From Oscillospiraceae bacterium (GTDB lineage: Bacteria; Bacillota; Clostridia; Oscillospirales; Ruminococcaceae), in the NCBI GenBank assembly GCA_017550355.1, contig JAFZPL010000128.1, positions 24,516 through 88,515 of the forward strand: a stretch of DNA of 64,000 nt. Direction: 5' to 3'. A program made the translations under genes and the position numbers. A model generated the notes under the pieces. It was not told where the DNA came from. It saw nothing but the letters and a program-made list of their open reading frames with translations, and made no database searches. Of the stretch, positions 8,741 through 18,032 are shown piece after piece. Positions within the stretch are counted from its first letter, which is position 1; every line of letters starts with the position of its first letter.

Positions 8741-9424
8741 ATGAGCAAAAGTATGATTCTGGTTCTGATGTTTGCGTTGATCGCGTTGCTGGCGGTCGGT
8801 GCCGTGGCAGCGTCGAAGGGCGGCGGCCGGCGGGGCGGGAACGATTCCTCCTCTTCCTCACTGGACAGTCTGCCGTCCTCGGAGATCGTGATCACGCCTT
8901 CGCAGATCCCGAGCCGTATCCACGTGCAGATCCCCGGCGGCTTCACGGAGACCTCCTCCGATGCCTACGACAAGTATTTCATCAAGAACGATGCATCCAT
9001 CATCATCACGGGCGAAGAGCAGCCGGGCATCGGCGGTCAGACAGAGCAGTACACCGAGCAGGTCAAGCAGATGTACGAGCAGACCGCGGATGAATTCAGC
9101 CTGATCAAGGATGAGCCAGAGAAGGTGAACGACTATATGGGACATATACTCGAATTCACCTATGCGATCATCGGTAAGGATACCCGCGCTGATATGCAGT
9201 GCATGACGGCGATCTTCGTCAAGGACGATTATATCTACGTCATCACCTGCAAGAGCCGCCGTGAGAATTACAGCAATTACCGCGAGAATTTCTCCCAGGT
9301 CATCAAATCTGTCACCATCGACGATCCGTCAGTGCCGGTAGACGCTTACGTGAACGGCGAAGTGACCGTTCCGGAGACCGTACCGGCAGTCACAACCACC
9401 GAACCTGTGCTGTATGTGAACTGA
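8741..9424 (+). CDS. Membrane-anchored extracytoplasmic protein, unknown function
   Basis: N-terminal TM ILVLMFALIALLAVGAVAA, a G/S/R linker, then a ~170-aa globular part. RBS AAAGGAGAA is upstream. A DcrB/PsbP-like fold is only a guess. Confidence 0.7.
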   Translation: MSKSMILVLMFALIALLAVGAVAASKGGGRRGGNDSSSSSLDSLPSSEIVITPSQIPSRIHVQIPGGFTETSSDAYDKYFIKNDASIIITGEEQPGIGGQTEQYTEQVKQMYEQTADEFSLIKDEPEKVNDYMGHILEFTYAIIGKDTRADMQCMTAIFVKDDYIYVITCKSRRENYSNYRENFSQVIKSVTIDDPSVPVDAYVNGEVTVPETVPAVTTTEPVLYVN

Positions 9425-9510
9425 TTTGGTAAAAATACCGTCAAAATGCACAAATACGGGTGTTAAAAATCCACAAACCAAACAATCTTTCTTTTTTTCT
9501 GAAAAGGGAT

Positions 9511-9539
9511 TTGACAAAACGGGGATTTTTGGGTATAAT
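9511..9539 (+). promoter_or_regulatory. Consensus sigma-70 promoter upstream of minD-like gene
   Basis: TTGACA (9511-9516), exactly 17 nt, TATAAT (9534-9539). It lies ~175 nt upstream of ATG 9721. Confidence 0.7.
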
Positions 9540-9720
9540 ATAAGATGAACTGTAATATGCCGAATTGTGCTGTTTTGCACAGGGGGCAGGCAGTCACAAA
9601 CCTGCATCTTTGTGTGTCAGAATATACGGATCACTGCCGCAACCGACCTTTTCCGGCAGCCTGTACGCGGCTGTGCCGGTACGGGCTCCGCACCGCGGTA
9701 TTGAAAGGAGTCTTTACGTT

Positions 9721-10461
9721 ATGTCAAAAATGATAGCAGTTACGTCCGGTAAGGGCGGAACGGGAAAATCTTCCATCTGCGCAGGTCTTGGCTATACACT
9801 TGCAAAGCAGGGCAGCCGCACGCTGATCATCGAGCTGGACTTCGGTCTGCGCTGTATTGATATCATCTTCGGCATGACCGGTCAGATCAAGTACGATCTG
9901 GATGACGTGCTCAAGGGCAAGGTCAAGACCGTGGACGCTGTTTCACGCGTGCCGATGGCTTCGAACCTCTTTGTGCTCTGTGCGCCGAAGAACCCCTTCC
10001 TCTCCGTGACGGTCGAGCAGATCCAGGATATCTGCCAGTCTGTGAGAAAGTATTATGACTACATCATCATCGACACCGGTGCAGGTATCAACAACCACGT
10101 TTTCGATATCGTGGAGCAGGCAAACCTGATCCTCGTTGTGACCACGCCGGATCCGATCTGTGTGCGCGACGCACAGATGATGTCCGATGAATTCTACACA
10201 CGCGGCAACCGCCGTCAGCGCCTTATCATCAACAAAGTGAGCAAAAAGGCGATCGGCGCAGAGCTCGTGCGCGACCTCGATGAGATCATTGATACTATCG
10301 GCGTTCAGCTGATCGGCGTCATTCCGGAGGATTACCAGCTGGTGATCGCGACCGGAAAGGGCGAGCCGATCCCCTCGACCGCGCCGAGTCTTGCTGCCTT
10401 CGATGCGATTTCCCGCCGTCTGCGCGGAGAAAATGCGCCGCTCACTGTCAAAATCAATTGA
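9721..10461 (+). CDS. MinD/ParA-family P-loop ATPase (no minC/minE neighbours)
   Basis: Deviant Walker A SGKGGTGKSS, Walker B YIIIDTGAG. ATG 9721 is 9 nt after GAAAGGAG. The N-terminal part of ORF 9565-10461 is leader, not coding. Confidence 0.85.
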   Translation: MSKMIAVTSGKGGTGKSSICAGLGYTLAKQGSRTLIIELDFGLRCIDIIFGMTGQIKYDLDDVLKGKVKTVDAVSRVPMASNLFVLCAPKNPFLSVTVEQIQDICQSVRKYYDYIIIDTGAGINNHVFDIVEQANLILVVTTPDPICVRDAQMMSDEFYTRGNRRQRLIINKVSKKAIGAELVRDLDEIIDTIGVQLIGVIPEDYQLVIATGKGEPIPSTAPSLAAFDAISRRLRGENAPLTVKIN

Positions 10462-10498
10462 TATACTCATATTACAATATAAGAAAGGATGACTAACT

Positions 10499-10903
10499 AT
10501 GACCATTGCGCTGATTGCCCATGACGCAAAGAAAGAGCTGATGATCCAGTTCTGCACAGCTTACCGTGTTGTGCTGAGCCACCATAACCTTTGTGCGACC
10601 GGTACGACCGGCAAGCAGGTGGCGGAGGCGACCGGACTTCCGGTCAAGCGGTTCCTCTCCGGCTCACAGGGCGGCGGACAGGAAGTCTCCGCACGCATTG
10701 CGTGTGATGAAGTGGATGTGCTCCTGTTCTTCCGCGATCCGATCAATCCGAAGGCGGGCGAAGCGAACGATATGGATCTGCTGCGTCTCTGCGACGTGCA
10801 TAATGTCCCGGTTGCAACCAACATTGCGACGGCGGAGGCACTGATCCTCGCACTGGAGCGCGGCGATCTCGACTGGCGCGTCAACGAGCACCCCACACTC
10901 TGA
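10499..10903 (+). CDS. mgsA: Methylglyoxal synthase
   Basis: 134 aa with [26 protein letters not shown] and NVPVATN, all typical of MgsA. Confidence 0.9.
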   Translation: MTIALIAHDAKKELMIQFCTAYRVVLSHHNLCATGTTGKQVAEATGLPVKRFLSGSQGGGQEVSARIACDEVDVLLFFRDPINPKAGEANDMDLLRLCDVHNVPVATNIATAEALILALERGDLDWRVNEHPTL

Positions 10904-10913
10904 GCACGATTTG

Positions 10914-10945
10914 ATTGCCCCTTTGTCCGAAGGGGCAATTCTTAT
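10914..10945 (+). terminator. Hairpin after mgsA (possible partial terminator)
   Basis: attgcccct pairs with aggggcaat (9 bp, 8-nt loop), followed by TCTTAT. It is only ~25 nt before hisS, so read-through is probably required. Confidence 0.4.
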
Positions 10946-10970
10946 GCACCAAACATGAAAGGAAGTTTTT

Positions 10971-12272
10971 ATGGCAAATCAGATCACAAGACCGGTCGGC
11001 ACGGAGGATGTCACGCCGGCACAGATGTACAAGTGGAACACGGTCGAGCGTGTTGTGAAGCAGGCAGCGGCGAGCTTCGGCTTCTCCGAGCTCCGTGTCC
11101 CCACCTTTGAATCGACAGACCTCTTCTGCCGTTCTGTCGGCGAAACGACCGACGTTGTGCAGAAGGAGATGTATACCGTCTACGGCGGCGGACAGCCCGA
11201 TCCGAAGAAGCCCCTGACGCTGCGCCCCGAGGGCACTGCCGGTGCGATCCGCGCAATGCTTCAGAACGGTCTGCTTTCCGAAGCACTCCCGCAGAAGATC
11301 TTCTATATCCTCTCCTGCTTCCGTCACGAGCGCAACCAGAAGGGCAGACTGCGTGAATTCCACCAGTTCGGCGTGGAAATGGCTGGTTCTGCGCGTCCGG
11401 AGGCGGATGCGGAGATCATCCTGCTTGCCAAGACCGTGCTTGACACGCTTCAGCTGAAGAATATCCAGCTCAATATCAACTCCATCGGCTGCCCGACCTG
11501 CCGCGCCAAGTACACCGAGGCGCTGAAGGCATACTTTGCCGATTACCGCGAACAGCTCTGCGAGACCTGCCAGAGCCGCCTTGACCGCAACCCGATGCGC
11601 ATTCTGGACTGCAAGAGCCCGGAGGATCAGAAGATCGCGGAGAATGCGCCTGTCATTCTGGATTATCTCTGCGACGACTGCAAGGCACACTTCGACACGC
11701 TCCAGTCGATCCTCAAAGCGATGAAGGTGGAGTATGTCATCAATCCGAAGATCGTCCGCGGTCTGGATTATTACAGCAAGACCGTGTTCGAGTTCGTCAC
11801 GACCGATATCGGCTCGCAGAGCACGATCTGCGGCGGCGGACGCTACGACGGACTGATCCAGCAGCTTGGCGGCAATCCTACGCCGGCGCTCGGTTTCGGT
11901 ATGGGCCTTGAGCGCGTGATCATGACGATGGAGGCACAGGGTGTCGAGTTCATGCAGGACGCTCCCTGCGATGTGTATTTTGCCCCGATGGACGATGCGG
12001 CGCGTCCGGCAGCAATGCAGCTTGCAATGGCATTGCGTGAAGCCGGACTCCGTGCGGAATTCGACCTGATCGGCAGACCGTTCAAGTCCCAGATGAAATA
12101 TGCAAACAATATCGGCGCGAAGTATCTGCTTGTGCTCGGCTCGAATGAGCTGGAGGCAGGCAACGGAAAGCTGAAAAATATGGAGACCGGCAAGCAGGAG
12201 GATGTGCGCCTCGATACGCCGGAACACTTCCTTGAAGATTACACCGCGTTTTCCTGCGGCCTTTCGATCTGA
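10971..12272 (+). CDS. hisS: Histidine--tRNA ligase
   Basis: Class II aaRS motifs: LRPEGTAGAIRA, FRHERNQKGRLREFHQ, GGGRYDGL. 433 aa. Confidence 0.95.
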   Translation: MANQITRPVGTEDVTPAQMYKWNTVERVVKQAAASFGFSELRVPTFESTDLFCRSVGETTDVVQKEMYTVYGGGQPDPKKPLTLRPEGTAGAIRAMLQNGLLSEALPQKIFYILSCFRHERNQKGRLREFHQFGVEMAGSARPEADAEIILLAKTVLDTLQLKNIQLNINSIGCPTCRAKYTEALKAYFADYREQLCETCQSRLDRNPMRILDCKSPEDQKIAENAPVILDYLCDDCKAHFDTLQSILKAMKVEYVINPKIVRGLDYYSKTVFEFVTTDIGSQSTICGGGRYDGLIQQLGGNPTPALGFGMGLERVIMTMEAQGVEFMQDAPCDVYFAPMDDAARPAAMQLAMALREAGLRAEFDLIGRPFKSQMKYANNIGAKYLLVLGSNELEAGNGKLKNMETGKQEDVRLDTPEHFLEDYTAFSCGLSI

Positions 12273-12297
12273 CAGAGAATAACGGAGAAAACAAAAC

Positions 12298-14361
12298 ATG
12301 AAGGAATTTTTTCGCAGGCTGTCAGATTTTCTGCGCGGCGGATTTCTGGTGCTGCTTGTGCTGACTGCTGCGGCGCTTGGGATCTACCGGATCATGATGC
12401 TGCAGGTTAAGGATCAGCAGGAAACGGAAAAACCGGCGATCCCGCTGAACCAGAACGTGTATTCCCAGATCATGCCTGCCAACCGCGGTCAGATCGTGGA
12501 TGCGGCGGGCAAAGCGCTGATCTCCAACAAATCGGGCTATAATCTGGTTGTGGAAAAAGCGTATTTCCCGACGGATCACGCTGAGGGCAATGCAGTTCTG
12601 CTCAATGCGGCAAAGCTGCTTTCGGAGGAGGGCTATGCGTGGAACGACACGCTCCCGATCTCCAAGGATCAGCCGTACACCTTTGAAGCGGGCAGAGAAA
12701 AGGATGTTGCCGCGCTGAAAAAGAAGCTGCGTCTGAATGATTATGCGACGGCCGAAAACTGCGTGGACAAGCTGATCGCCGACTATGAGATCTCCGCGGA
12801 ATACACGCCGGAGGAACAGCGCACCGTCGCGGGCATCCGCTATGAGATGGTGCTGCGCGATTTCTCGATGTCGAATCTCTTTTATCTGGCGCAGGATCTC
12901 GATATCCGCACCGGCACGCGCATCAAGGAGCTTCGCGTTGAGCTGAAGGGCATCAATATCGCGGAGGAATCCATCCGGACGGTCGTGCGCGGAGATGTGA
13001 TCCCGCATGAGCTCGGTTATGTCGGTCCGATCTATTCGCAGGATGAATTCAATGAGCTCCGCAACGCCAATCCCGCCGCGGAATATGCGCTCTCCGATCA
13101 GGTCGGAAAGACGGGACTCGAATCGGCGCTCGAAGATACACTCGTCGGTACAAAGGGCGTGAAGCAGATCACATTCACGAACGGCGAACTGACCTCTGTT
13201 GAAGTGACCAGAGAACCGGTCGGCGGAAAGACTGTTCAGCTGACGCTCAATGCCGATTTCCAGACCGGACTGCAAAAGATTCTCAGCGATTACTGCTACC
13301 ACCTCCGTGCGACCGACAAGGAGTGCCGCAAGGCAAACTGCGGCGCGGTGGTCGTGCTGGATACGCATGACAACGGTGTGCTCGGTGCGGCGACGCTTCC
13401 GACCTACAATCTTTCCGATCTGCTGGAGGATTACAATGCCGTTGCGGAACGCGCCGATCAGCCGCTGATCAACCGCGCTACGGACGGCATGTACCGCCCC
13501 GGTTCGACGTTCAAGACGATCACAGCGACTGCCGGTCTTGCGACGGGCAATATCACCGGGAGCACGGTGTTCGACTGCGGGCGGAACTGGAAATTTCACG
13601 ACACCATGTTCCACTGCACCGGATCGCACGGCAATATCACGGTGACACGCGCACTGACAGTCTCCTGCAACATCTTCTTCTATGAGCTCATCAATAAAAT
13701 GGGACTCGATGTGCTGCTGGACTATGAGCAGATGTACGGGCTCGGCAGCTCGCTCGGTCTGGAATCCGGCGATTCCGCGGGCTATCTCGCCTGTCCGGAA
13801 ACCTACAAAACGCTCGGTGTGGAGTGGCATATCGGCGATATGATCCAGGCTGCGATCGGTCAGTCGGAAATTCAGGTCACGCCGCTGCACATGGCAGTCG
13901 TGGCGTCCACGATCGCGAATGAGGGTGTGCGCTACAAGCCGCATCTGGTTGCATCCACCTGGAACAACGCGATGACCGAGCAGATCTCCGCATATGAACC
14001 GGAGATCGCCGGAAAGATCGAGACGAACGGCAGAACCGTCTATTCACTGATCGAAAAGGGCATGATCGGTGCGGCGCAGACAACGATGCCCGCGCAGTAT
14101 GACCTCAACAAGATCGGTTTCGATGTCGCGATCAAGACCGGTACGCCGCAGTCTCCCCGCGGAACGGATACATTCGTGATCGGCTACGCACCGGCGAATG
14201 ATCCGGAGGTGGCATTCTGCGCGATGGTTGAGGGCGGCAAGAACGCGAAATACATGATCCGTCAGATCCTGGAGCTCTACGCAAAGACCTACCCGGATTC
14301 GACGATCGCAAAGCGGATCAGAACGCTTTCAAGTGAAGAGGAATCCGCCAAAGTACAGTAA
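12298..14361 (+). CDS. Class B penicillin-binding protein (PBP2/SpoVD-type transpeptidase)
   Basis: N-terminal TM. Transpeptidase motifs STFK (PGSTFKTITA), SCN (TVSCNIFF) and KTGT. Confidence 0.9.
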   Translation: MKEFFRRLSDFLRGGFLVLLVLTAAALGIYRIMMLQVKDQQETEKPAIPLNQNVYSQIMPANRGQIVDAAGKALISNKSGYNLVVEKAYFPTDHAEGNAVLLNAAKLLSEEGYAWNDTLPISKDQPYTFEAGREKDVAALKKKLRLNDYATAENCVDKLIADYEISAEYTPEEQRTVAGIRYEMVLRDFSMSNLFYLAQDLDIRTGTRIKELRVELKGINIAEESIRTVVRGDVIPHELGYVGPIYSQDEFNELRNANPAAEYALSDQVGKTGLESALEDTLVGTKGVKQITFTNGELTSVEVTREPVGGKTVQLTLNADFQTGLQKILSDYCYHLRATDKECRKANCGAVVVLDTHDNGVLGAATLPTYNLSDLLEDYNAVAERADQPLINRATDGMYRPGSTFKTITATAGLATGNITGSTVFDCGRNWKFHDTMFHCTGSHGNITVTRALTVSCNIFFYELINKMGLDVLLDYEQMYGLGSSLGLESGDSAGYLACPETYKTLGVEWHIGDMIQAAIGQSEIQVTPLHMAVVASTIANEGVRYKPHLVASTWNNAMTEQISAYEPEIAGKIETNGRTVYSLIEKGMIGAAQTTMPAQYDLNKIGFDVAIKTGTPQSPRGTDTFVIGYAPANDPEVAFCAMVEGGKNAKYMIRQILELYAKTYPDSTIAKRIRTLSSEEESAKVQ

Positions 14362-14366
14362 AAAAC

Positions 14367-14405
14367 ACCCGGCATCACAGATAACGTGATGCCGGGCGTT
14401 TTGTT
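14367..14405. terminator. Bidirectional terminator between convergent PBP gene and ABC operon
   Basis: cccggcatcac pairs with gtgatgccggg (11 bp, 7-nt loop), flanked by AAAAA upstream and TTTTGTTTT downstream. Confidence 0.75.
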
Positions 14406-14416
14406 TTGTGCGGGAA

Positions 14417-15814
14417 TTATTTCAGTGTATTCATAAGCTCCTGATAGTTGTACGGGATGGAGCCCGTGCCTTCAAAGCGGTTCATGCGGATGGTCAGACC
14501 GGTGTATTTGCTGTCGTCCATCACATAATAATTGTTTGTCTCAAACTCGATGAAGCGCAGTGTGCGTTCATGTCCGTCCTTGTAGGTGAACTTGATGAAC
14601 ATGGCGGCTTCTGCTTCGGGATCGGGCTTTGCATAAGGCGCGGTGTCGGTGAACTGCAGCATGATGAGTGAACGCAGCAGGTTCTGGAAGAGCGTATTTG
14701 CCTTGTCGTTGTGCAGCGCGGTGATATCTTTGCCGTCGAGCGAATACTGTGCGTTCTCGGTGTCTACATCCAGTTTGAAGTGCAGATCTGCCGCTGCGCT
14801 GAGATCCGCCTCGATTGCGCTCAGATCTGCCGCAGCGATTTCAGCGCAGTACGGATAAACATAGCTGCTCAGCTTTGTGTTGAGGAAGGAGACATTCGCC
14901 TTCTTCACGCGGAAGACCTGTTCGCTGTTCTTGAAGTAGCCGTAGATCTCGGTGTCGCTGGCGTCGCCGCCGAACCAGATCTCCTCCTCCATGGTGGAGG
15001 TGTTCTTCTTGCCCTTGAGCACGAGGATATCGTGCGGATTGTCCAGACCGTACTGCTTGAGGTCGGTCGGGTGTTCCGCCACATAGGATTCGACGGTCAC
15101 GCGGACGAGAATATCCATCATGTTGTCGATGTTTGCCTTCTGGACGCTGTATGTGCCGGGCGCATTGAGGTTCCAGCTGTAATCCTCGGCTCTGGTCATC
15201 TCGGCGACCAGCTCGCCGTCGCGTGTCTGCTTGTAGTAGGTCACGAGGTTACTGAACGTATCGAAGAGATACATGTTCTTGAGCGTGTCCTTTGCCACGC
15301 AGAAGATCGAGCCGGCTTCGTAGCTGATGGTGAAGACGTCGTTGGAGCCTTCGATCATCGCATAGAAAGCGTTGTTGGTGGGAGTATGGTCGCCGACATA
15401 AAGCGTGTACGGGTGATCTTCGCCCGTGTCAGTGGTGTAGGCCTTGAGTGTGACGGGATGATCGAAACCGTAGATGCTGGTATCGGCGCAGTCGGACGAA
15501 ACAGTCTTCAGGGATTTCAGATTGCAGAGGTAGTTGCAGATCGCGGCGATGGCATAGCTGTTCACGTTGAATTTGTCGCCGGCGGTCAGCTGCCATTCGG
15601 CTTCATCCGGATTCCACTTGAACTCAAAATGTCCGTCCTCGTTGTCTACGGAGATGCGGTCGGTCTGGGAGGGTTCGAAGCTGATGAGCTGCTGCGGGCC
15701 GCCGATCGCTTCGCGCTCCTTTTCTTTCTGTGTGTGTTTGTCCACGAAGATGAAAACCACGGTCAGGATGGCTGCCGCAGCCGCGAGAATGATCACCCAT
15801 TTGAATTGCTTCAT
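14417..15814 (-). CDS. DUF4340-like membrane-anchored protein (last gene of GldG-type ABC operon)
   Basis: N-terminal TM WVIILAAAAAILTVVFIF. The start overlaps the upstream gene stop (15811-15814). The position after a GldG-like gene is the usual DUF4340 context. Confidence 0.65.
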   Translation of the reverse strand: MKQFKWVIILAAAAAILTVVFIFVDKHTQKEKEREAIGGPQQLISFEPSQTDRISVDNEDGHFEFKWNPDEAEWQLTAGDKFNVNSYAIAAICNYLCNLKSLKTVSSDCADTSIYGFDHPVTLKAYTTDTGEDHPYTLYVGDHTPTNNAFYAMIEGSNDVFTISYEAGSIFCVAKDTLKNMYLFDTFSNLVTYYKQTRDGELVAEMTRAEDYSWNLNAPGTYSVQKANIDNMMDILVRVTVESYVAEHPTDLKQYGLDNPHDILVLKGKKNTSTMEEEIWFGGDASDTEIYGYFKNSEQVFRVKKANVSFLNTKLSSYVYPYCAEIAAADLSAIEADLSAAADLHFKLDVDTENAQYSLDGKDITALHNDKANTLFQNLLRSLIMLQFTDTAPYAKPDPEAEAAMFIKFTYKDGHERTLRFIEFETNNYYVMDDSKYTGLTIRMNRFEGTGSIPYNYQELMNTLK

Positions 15815-17277
15815 GCGTTTCTCCTCCTCAGCCAGACGAAGACGCCGGCTGCTGCGACAATGATCGGCAGAAATACAAAGACTGCGATCATTCCGCTGGC
15901 CTCCTCGGAACTGTTGATGTTGAAGCTGTCGTAGGTGCGTGCCTTATCAGCAATCTCCATGTCGACATCGGAGTCATACATCCAGGTGATGGTTGCAAGG
16001 AACAGCTGCAGGGGCATGATGTAGAATTCGTTGGAGGAACCCTCGTTGGTGATAATCATGGACGAACCGAAGACCGTCATCTTTGCGTTGTTGCGCTGGG
16101 TGTCCTCAGAATACATTGCGAGGGCGAGCTGCTGACCGGTGACCTCGCTCGGATCCTTTGCAAGACCGCCCCACGGCTCGGAGAGCGCAGTCCCCTGCGT
16201 TTTCAGGAGCACGTCCTGGTTCATTGCGCCGTAATTGTCCGCGAAAACGGAGAAGAAGCTGCGGGATGCGGGCATGTAGGTGAGGATGGATTTTGCGCCG
16301 GTGAGCTCACTGGTGATGTTGTATTCTGCATCCGCTGCTGCGTCGGAGATATCGCACATGAAGATATAGGGATCGCCGGACTTGTGTCTTGCGGTATCGG
16401 TCTCGTGGATGCGGTCGTAGTTCATGCCGATGCAGAAGGTGGACATGAGCTGTTCGAGATGCTTGTAGGCGAATTTTCCGTCGTTCGGGCCGATCAGAAG
16501 GCTGATGTTGCCGCCCTTCTTCGTGTAGTCATAGAGCTTCTGGAACTCCTCTTCGGTGATGTCCTTTTCCGGACCGCAGATGACGACGATGCAGGCATCA
16601 TCCGGCACCTTTTCCTGGTTGATGAGGTTCAGCGATGCCGTTCCGTAGTTGTAGTTGTTGAGGTTTGCGCAGAGCTGGCTCATATTGTCGAGCGTTGCTT
16701 CGCCGTGGCCCTCAAGGAAGTAGACGACCGGAAGATCGCCCTCCACGACGGACTTGATATAGCCGGTGAAATAGTTCTCTGCGCAGAATTCCGCCATCTG
16801 TGTATTGCCGTTTTCGTCTGCCTGATAAGCGTACATCATTTTGCCGGGCAGACGCTTGACCATGCCGTTATAGGAGAACAGAAAGTCACTGTCCTGGAGA
16901 TTGTAGATGTTGTCCGGATTCAGATCTTTGAGCTTTTCAGGCTCCGCATCGGAATCAAAGTCGATGAGATTGAAGCACTCGTGTGCGTCGTAAGCCAGAA
17001 GCGTGCGGTACAGTGCAAGCAGATTCAGGTCTTTTTCGATCTCTTCCATTTTCGTGAGGAAGTAGACATCGACTGTGATGTTTTCCTCATCGAGCGATTT
17101 CAGGTATTCCTCCGTTTTCGGCGTGAGCGTGTAGAGGCTGTTCGGCGTCATGTCCACATAGACATTGAGACGGTCGAAGATCAGGTTGACCGGAACAGCG
17201 ACAATCAGCACCAGTACGGAAAGCACGACCGCAAGCAGGGTGTACTTTTTGTTTTTAGAATAAGCAGATGTTTTCAT
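15811..17277 (-). CDS. GldG-like ABC-transporter auxiliary component
   Basis: N- and C-terminal TMs (LLAVVLSVLVLIVAV; IAVFVFLPIIVAAAGVFVWL) flank a large extracytoplasmic domain. It sits directly downstream of the ABC-2 permease. Confidence 0.65.
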   Translation of the reverse strand: MKTSAYSKNKKYTLLAVVLSVLVLIVAVPVNLIFDRLNVYVDMTPNSLYTLTPKTEEYLKSLDEENITVDVYFLTKMEEIEKDLNLLALYRTLLAYDAHECFNLIDFDSDAEPEKLKDLNPDNIYNLQDSDFLFSYNGMVKRLPGKMMYAYQADENGNTQMAEFCAENYFTGYIKSVVEGDLPVVYFLEGHGEATLDNMSQLCANLNNYNYGTASLNLINQEKVPDDACIVVICGPEKDITEEEFQKLYDYTKKGGNISLLIGPNDGKFAYKHLEQLMSTFCIGMNYDRIHETDTARHKSGDPYIFMCDISDAAADAEYNITSELTGAKSILTYMPASRSFFSVFADNYGAMNQDVLLKTQGTALSEPWGGLAKDPSEVTGQQLALAMYSEDTQRNNAKMTVFGSSMIITNEGSSNEFYIMPLQLFLATITWMYDSDVDMEIADKARTYDSFNINSSEEASGMIAVFVFLPIIVAAAGVFVWLRRRNA

Positions 17278-17299
17278 GTTATGGTATTCCTCCGATCAC

Positions 17300-18031
17300 T
17301 CAGCCGCGGCTCCAGCGGCGTTTTTCAATAATGATGATCGTCCAGATCAGCACGACCGCCGAGAGCGTAAGGAAAAATACCAGATCGCCGAGGCTGAACA
17401 GTCCCTGTGAAAAGCCTGCGAAGCGGGACTGCGTGGAGAACCACTGGAAAACCTTTGCGACTGCCGGCATCGACTGAATCAGCGCGGTCTCGGTGAAGCG
17501 GTCGAGGAAGACCACGATCAGCATGGCGCCTTCGCCGAACACAGCCGCGAGGATCGGGCTGTCCGTGAGTGCGGAGGTCAGCATACCGACTGCAATGCAG
17601 ACGAGTCCCCAGAGGAAGAAGCCTGCGTAGCCGCAGATCAGGCTTGAAACGACCACGCTGCCCTTGATGAAAGCAATCAGCGGGAAGACGAGCGTCAGGA
17701 GGAGCATCACTGCGAACACCGTGACGACGGCGAGATACTTCGCAAGCACGACCTGCCAGATGGTGATCGGTGCGGAGAGCCAGATTGTTTCGGTCTTTGC
17801 CTGCCGTTCCTCTGCGAAGGTGCGCATGGTGAGCAGCGGGATCATGAAGATGAAATAGAAGAAATTATTATAGAAGATCTCGGAGAACGAGAATTTCAGC
17901 ACGTTGGAATCCATCGTGGAGATGCCGCGGATGAAGCTCAGCGAGAACACCAGCAGGAACAGCGCACTGATCACATATGCGAACGGCGAAAAGAAGTAAG
18001 ACTGCACTTCCTTTTTATAAAGCGAAAACAT
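17300..18031 (-). CDS. ABC-2 type transporter permease (GldF-like)
   Basis: The start is taken at MFSLYKKEVQSYFF (ATG 18031), 1 nt after the ATPase stop (TGAAATG). The K/R-rich N-terminal extension of ORF 17300-18166 overlaps the ATPase 3' end. About 6 TMs. Confidence 0.75.
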   Translation of the reverse strand: MFSLYKKEVQSYFFSPFAYVISALFLLVFSLSFIRGISTMDSNVLKFSFSEIFYNNFFYFIFMIPLLTMRTFAEERQAKTETIWLSAPITIWQVVLAKYLAVVTVFAVMLLLTLVFPLIAFIKGSVVVSSLICGYAGFFLWGLVCIAVGMLTSALTDSPILAAVFGEGAMLIVVFLDRFTETALIQSMPAVAKVFQWFSTQSRFAGFSQGLFSLGDLVFFLTLSAVVLIWTIIIIEKRRWSRG

Positions 18032-18032
18032 T

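Noticed and set aside
9570-9605. Possible c-di-GMP-I (GEMM) riboswitch, because of GCACAGGGGGCAGGC.
   Set aside because: The resemblance to the GCACAGGGCAAACC core is superficial. The GNRA tetraloop/receptor pair and the second conserved helix are missing.
10904-10970. Expected a T-box leader upstream of hisS.
   Set aside because: Only 67 nt separate mgsA and hisS, and they hold a single small hairpin. There is no room for specifier or antiterminator elements.
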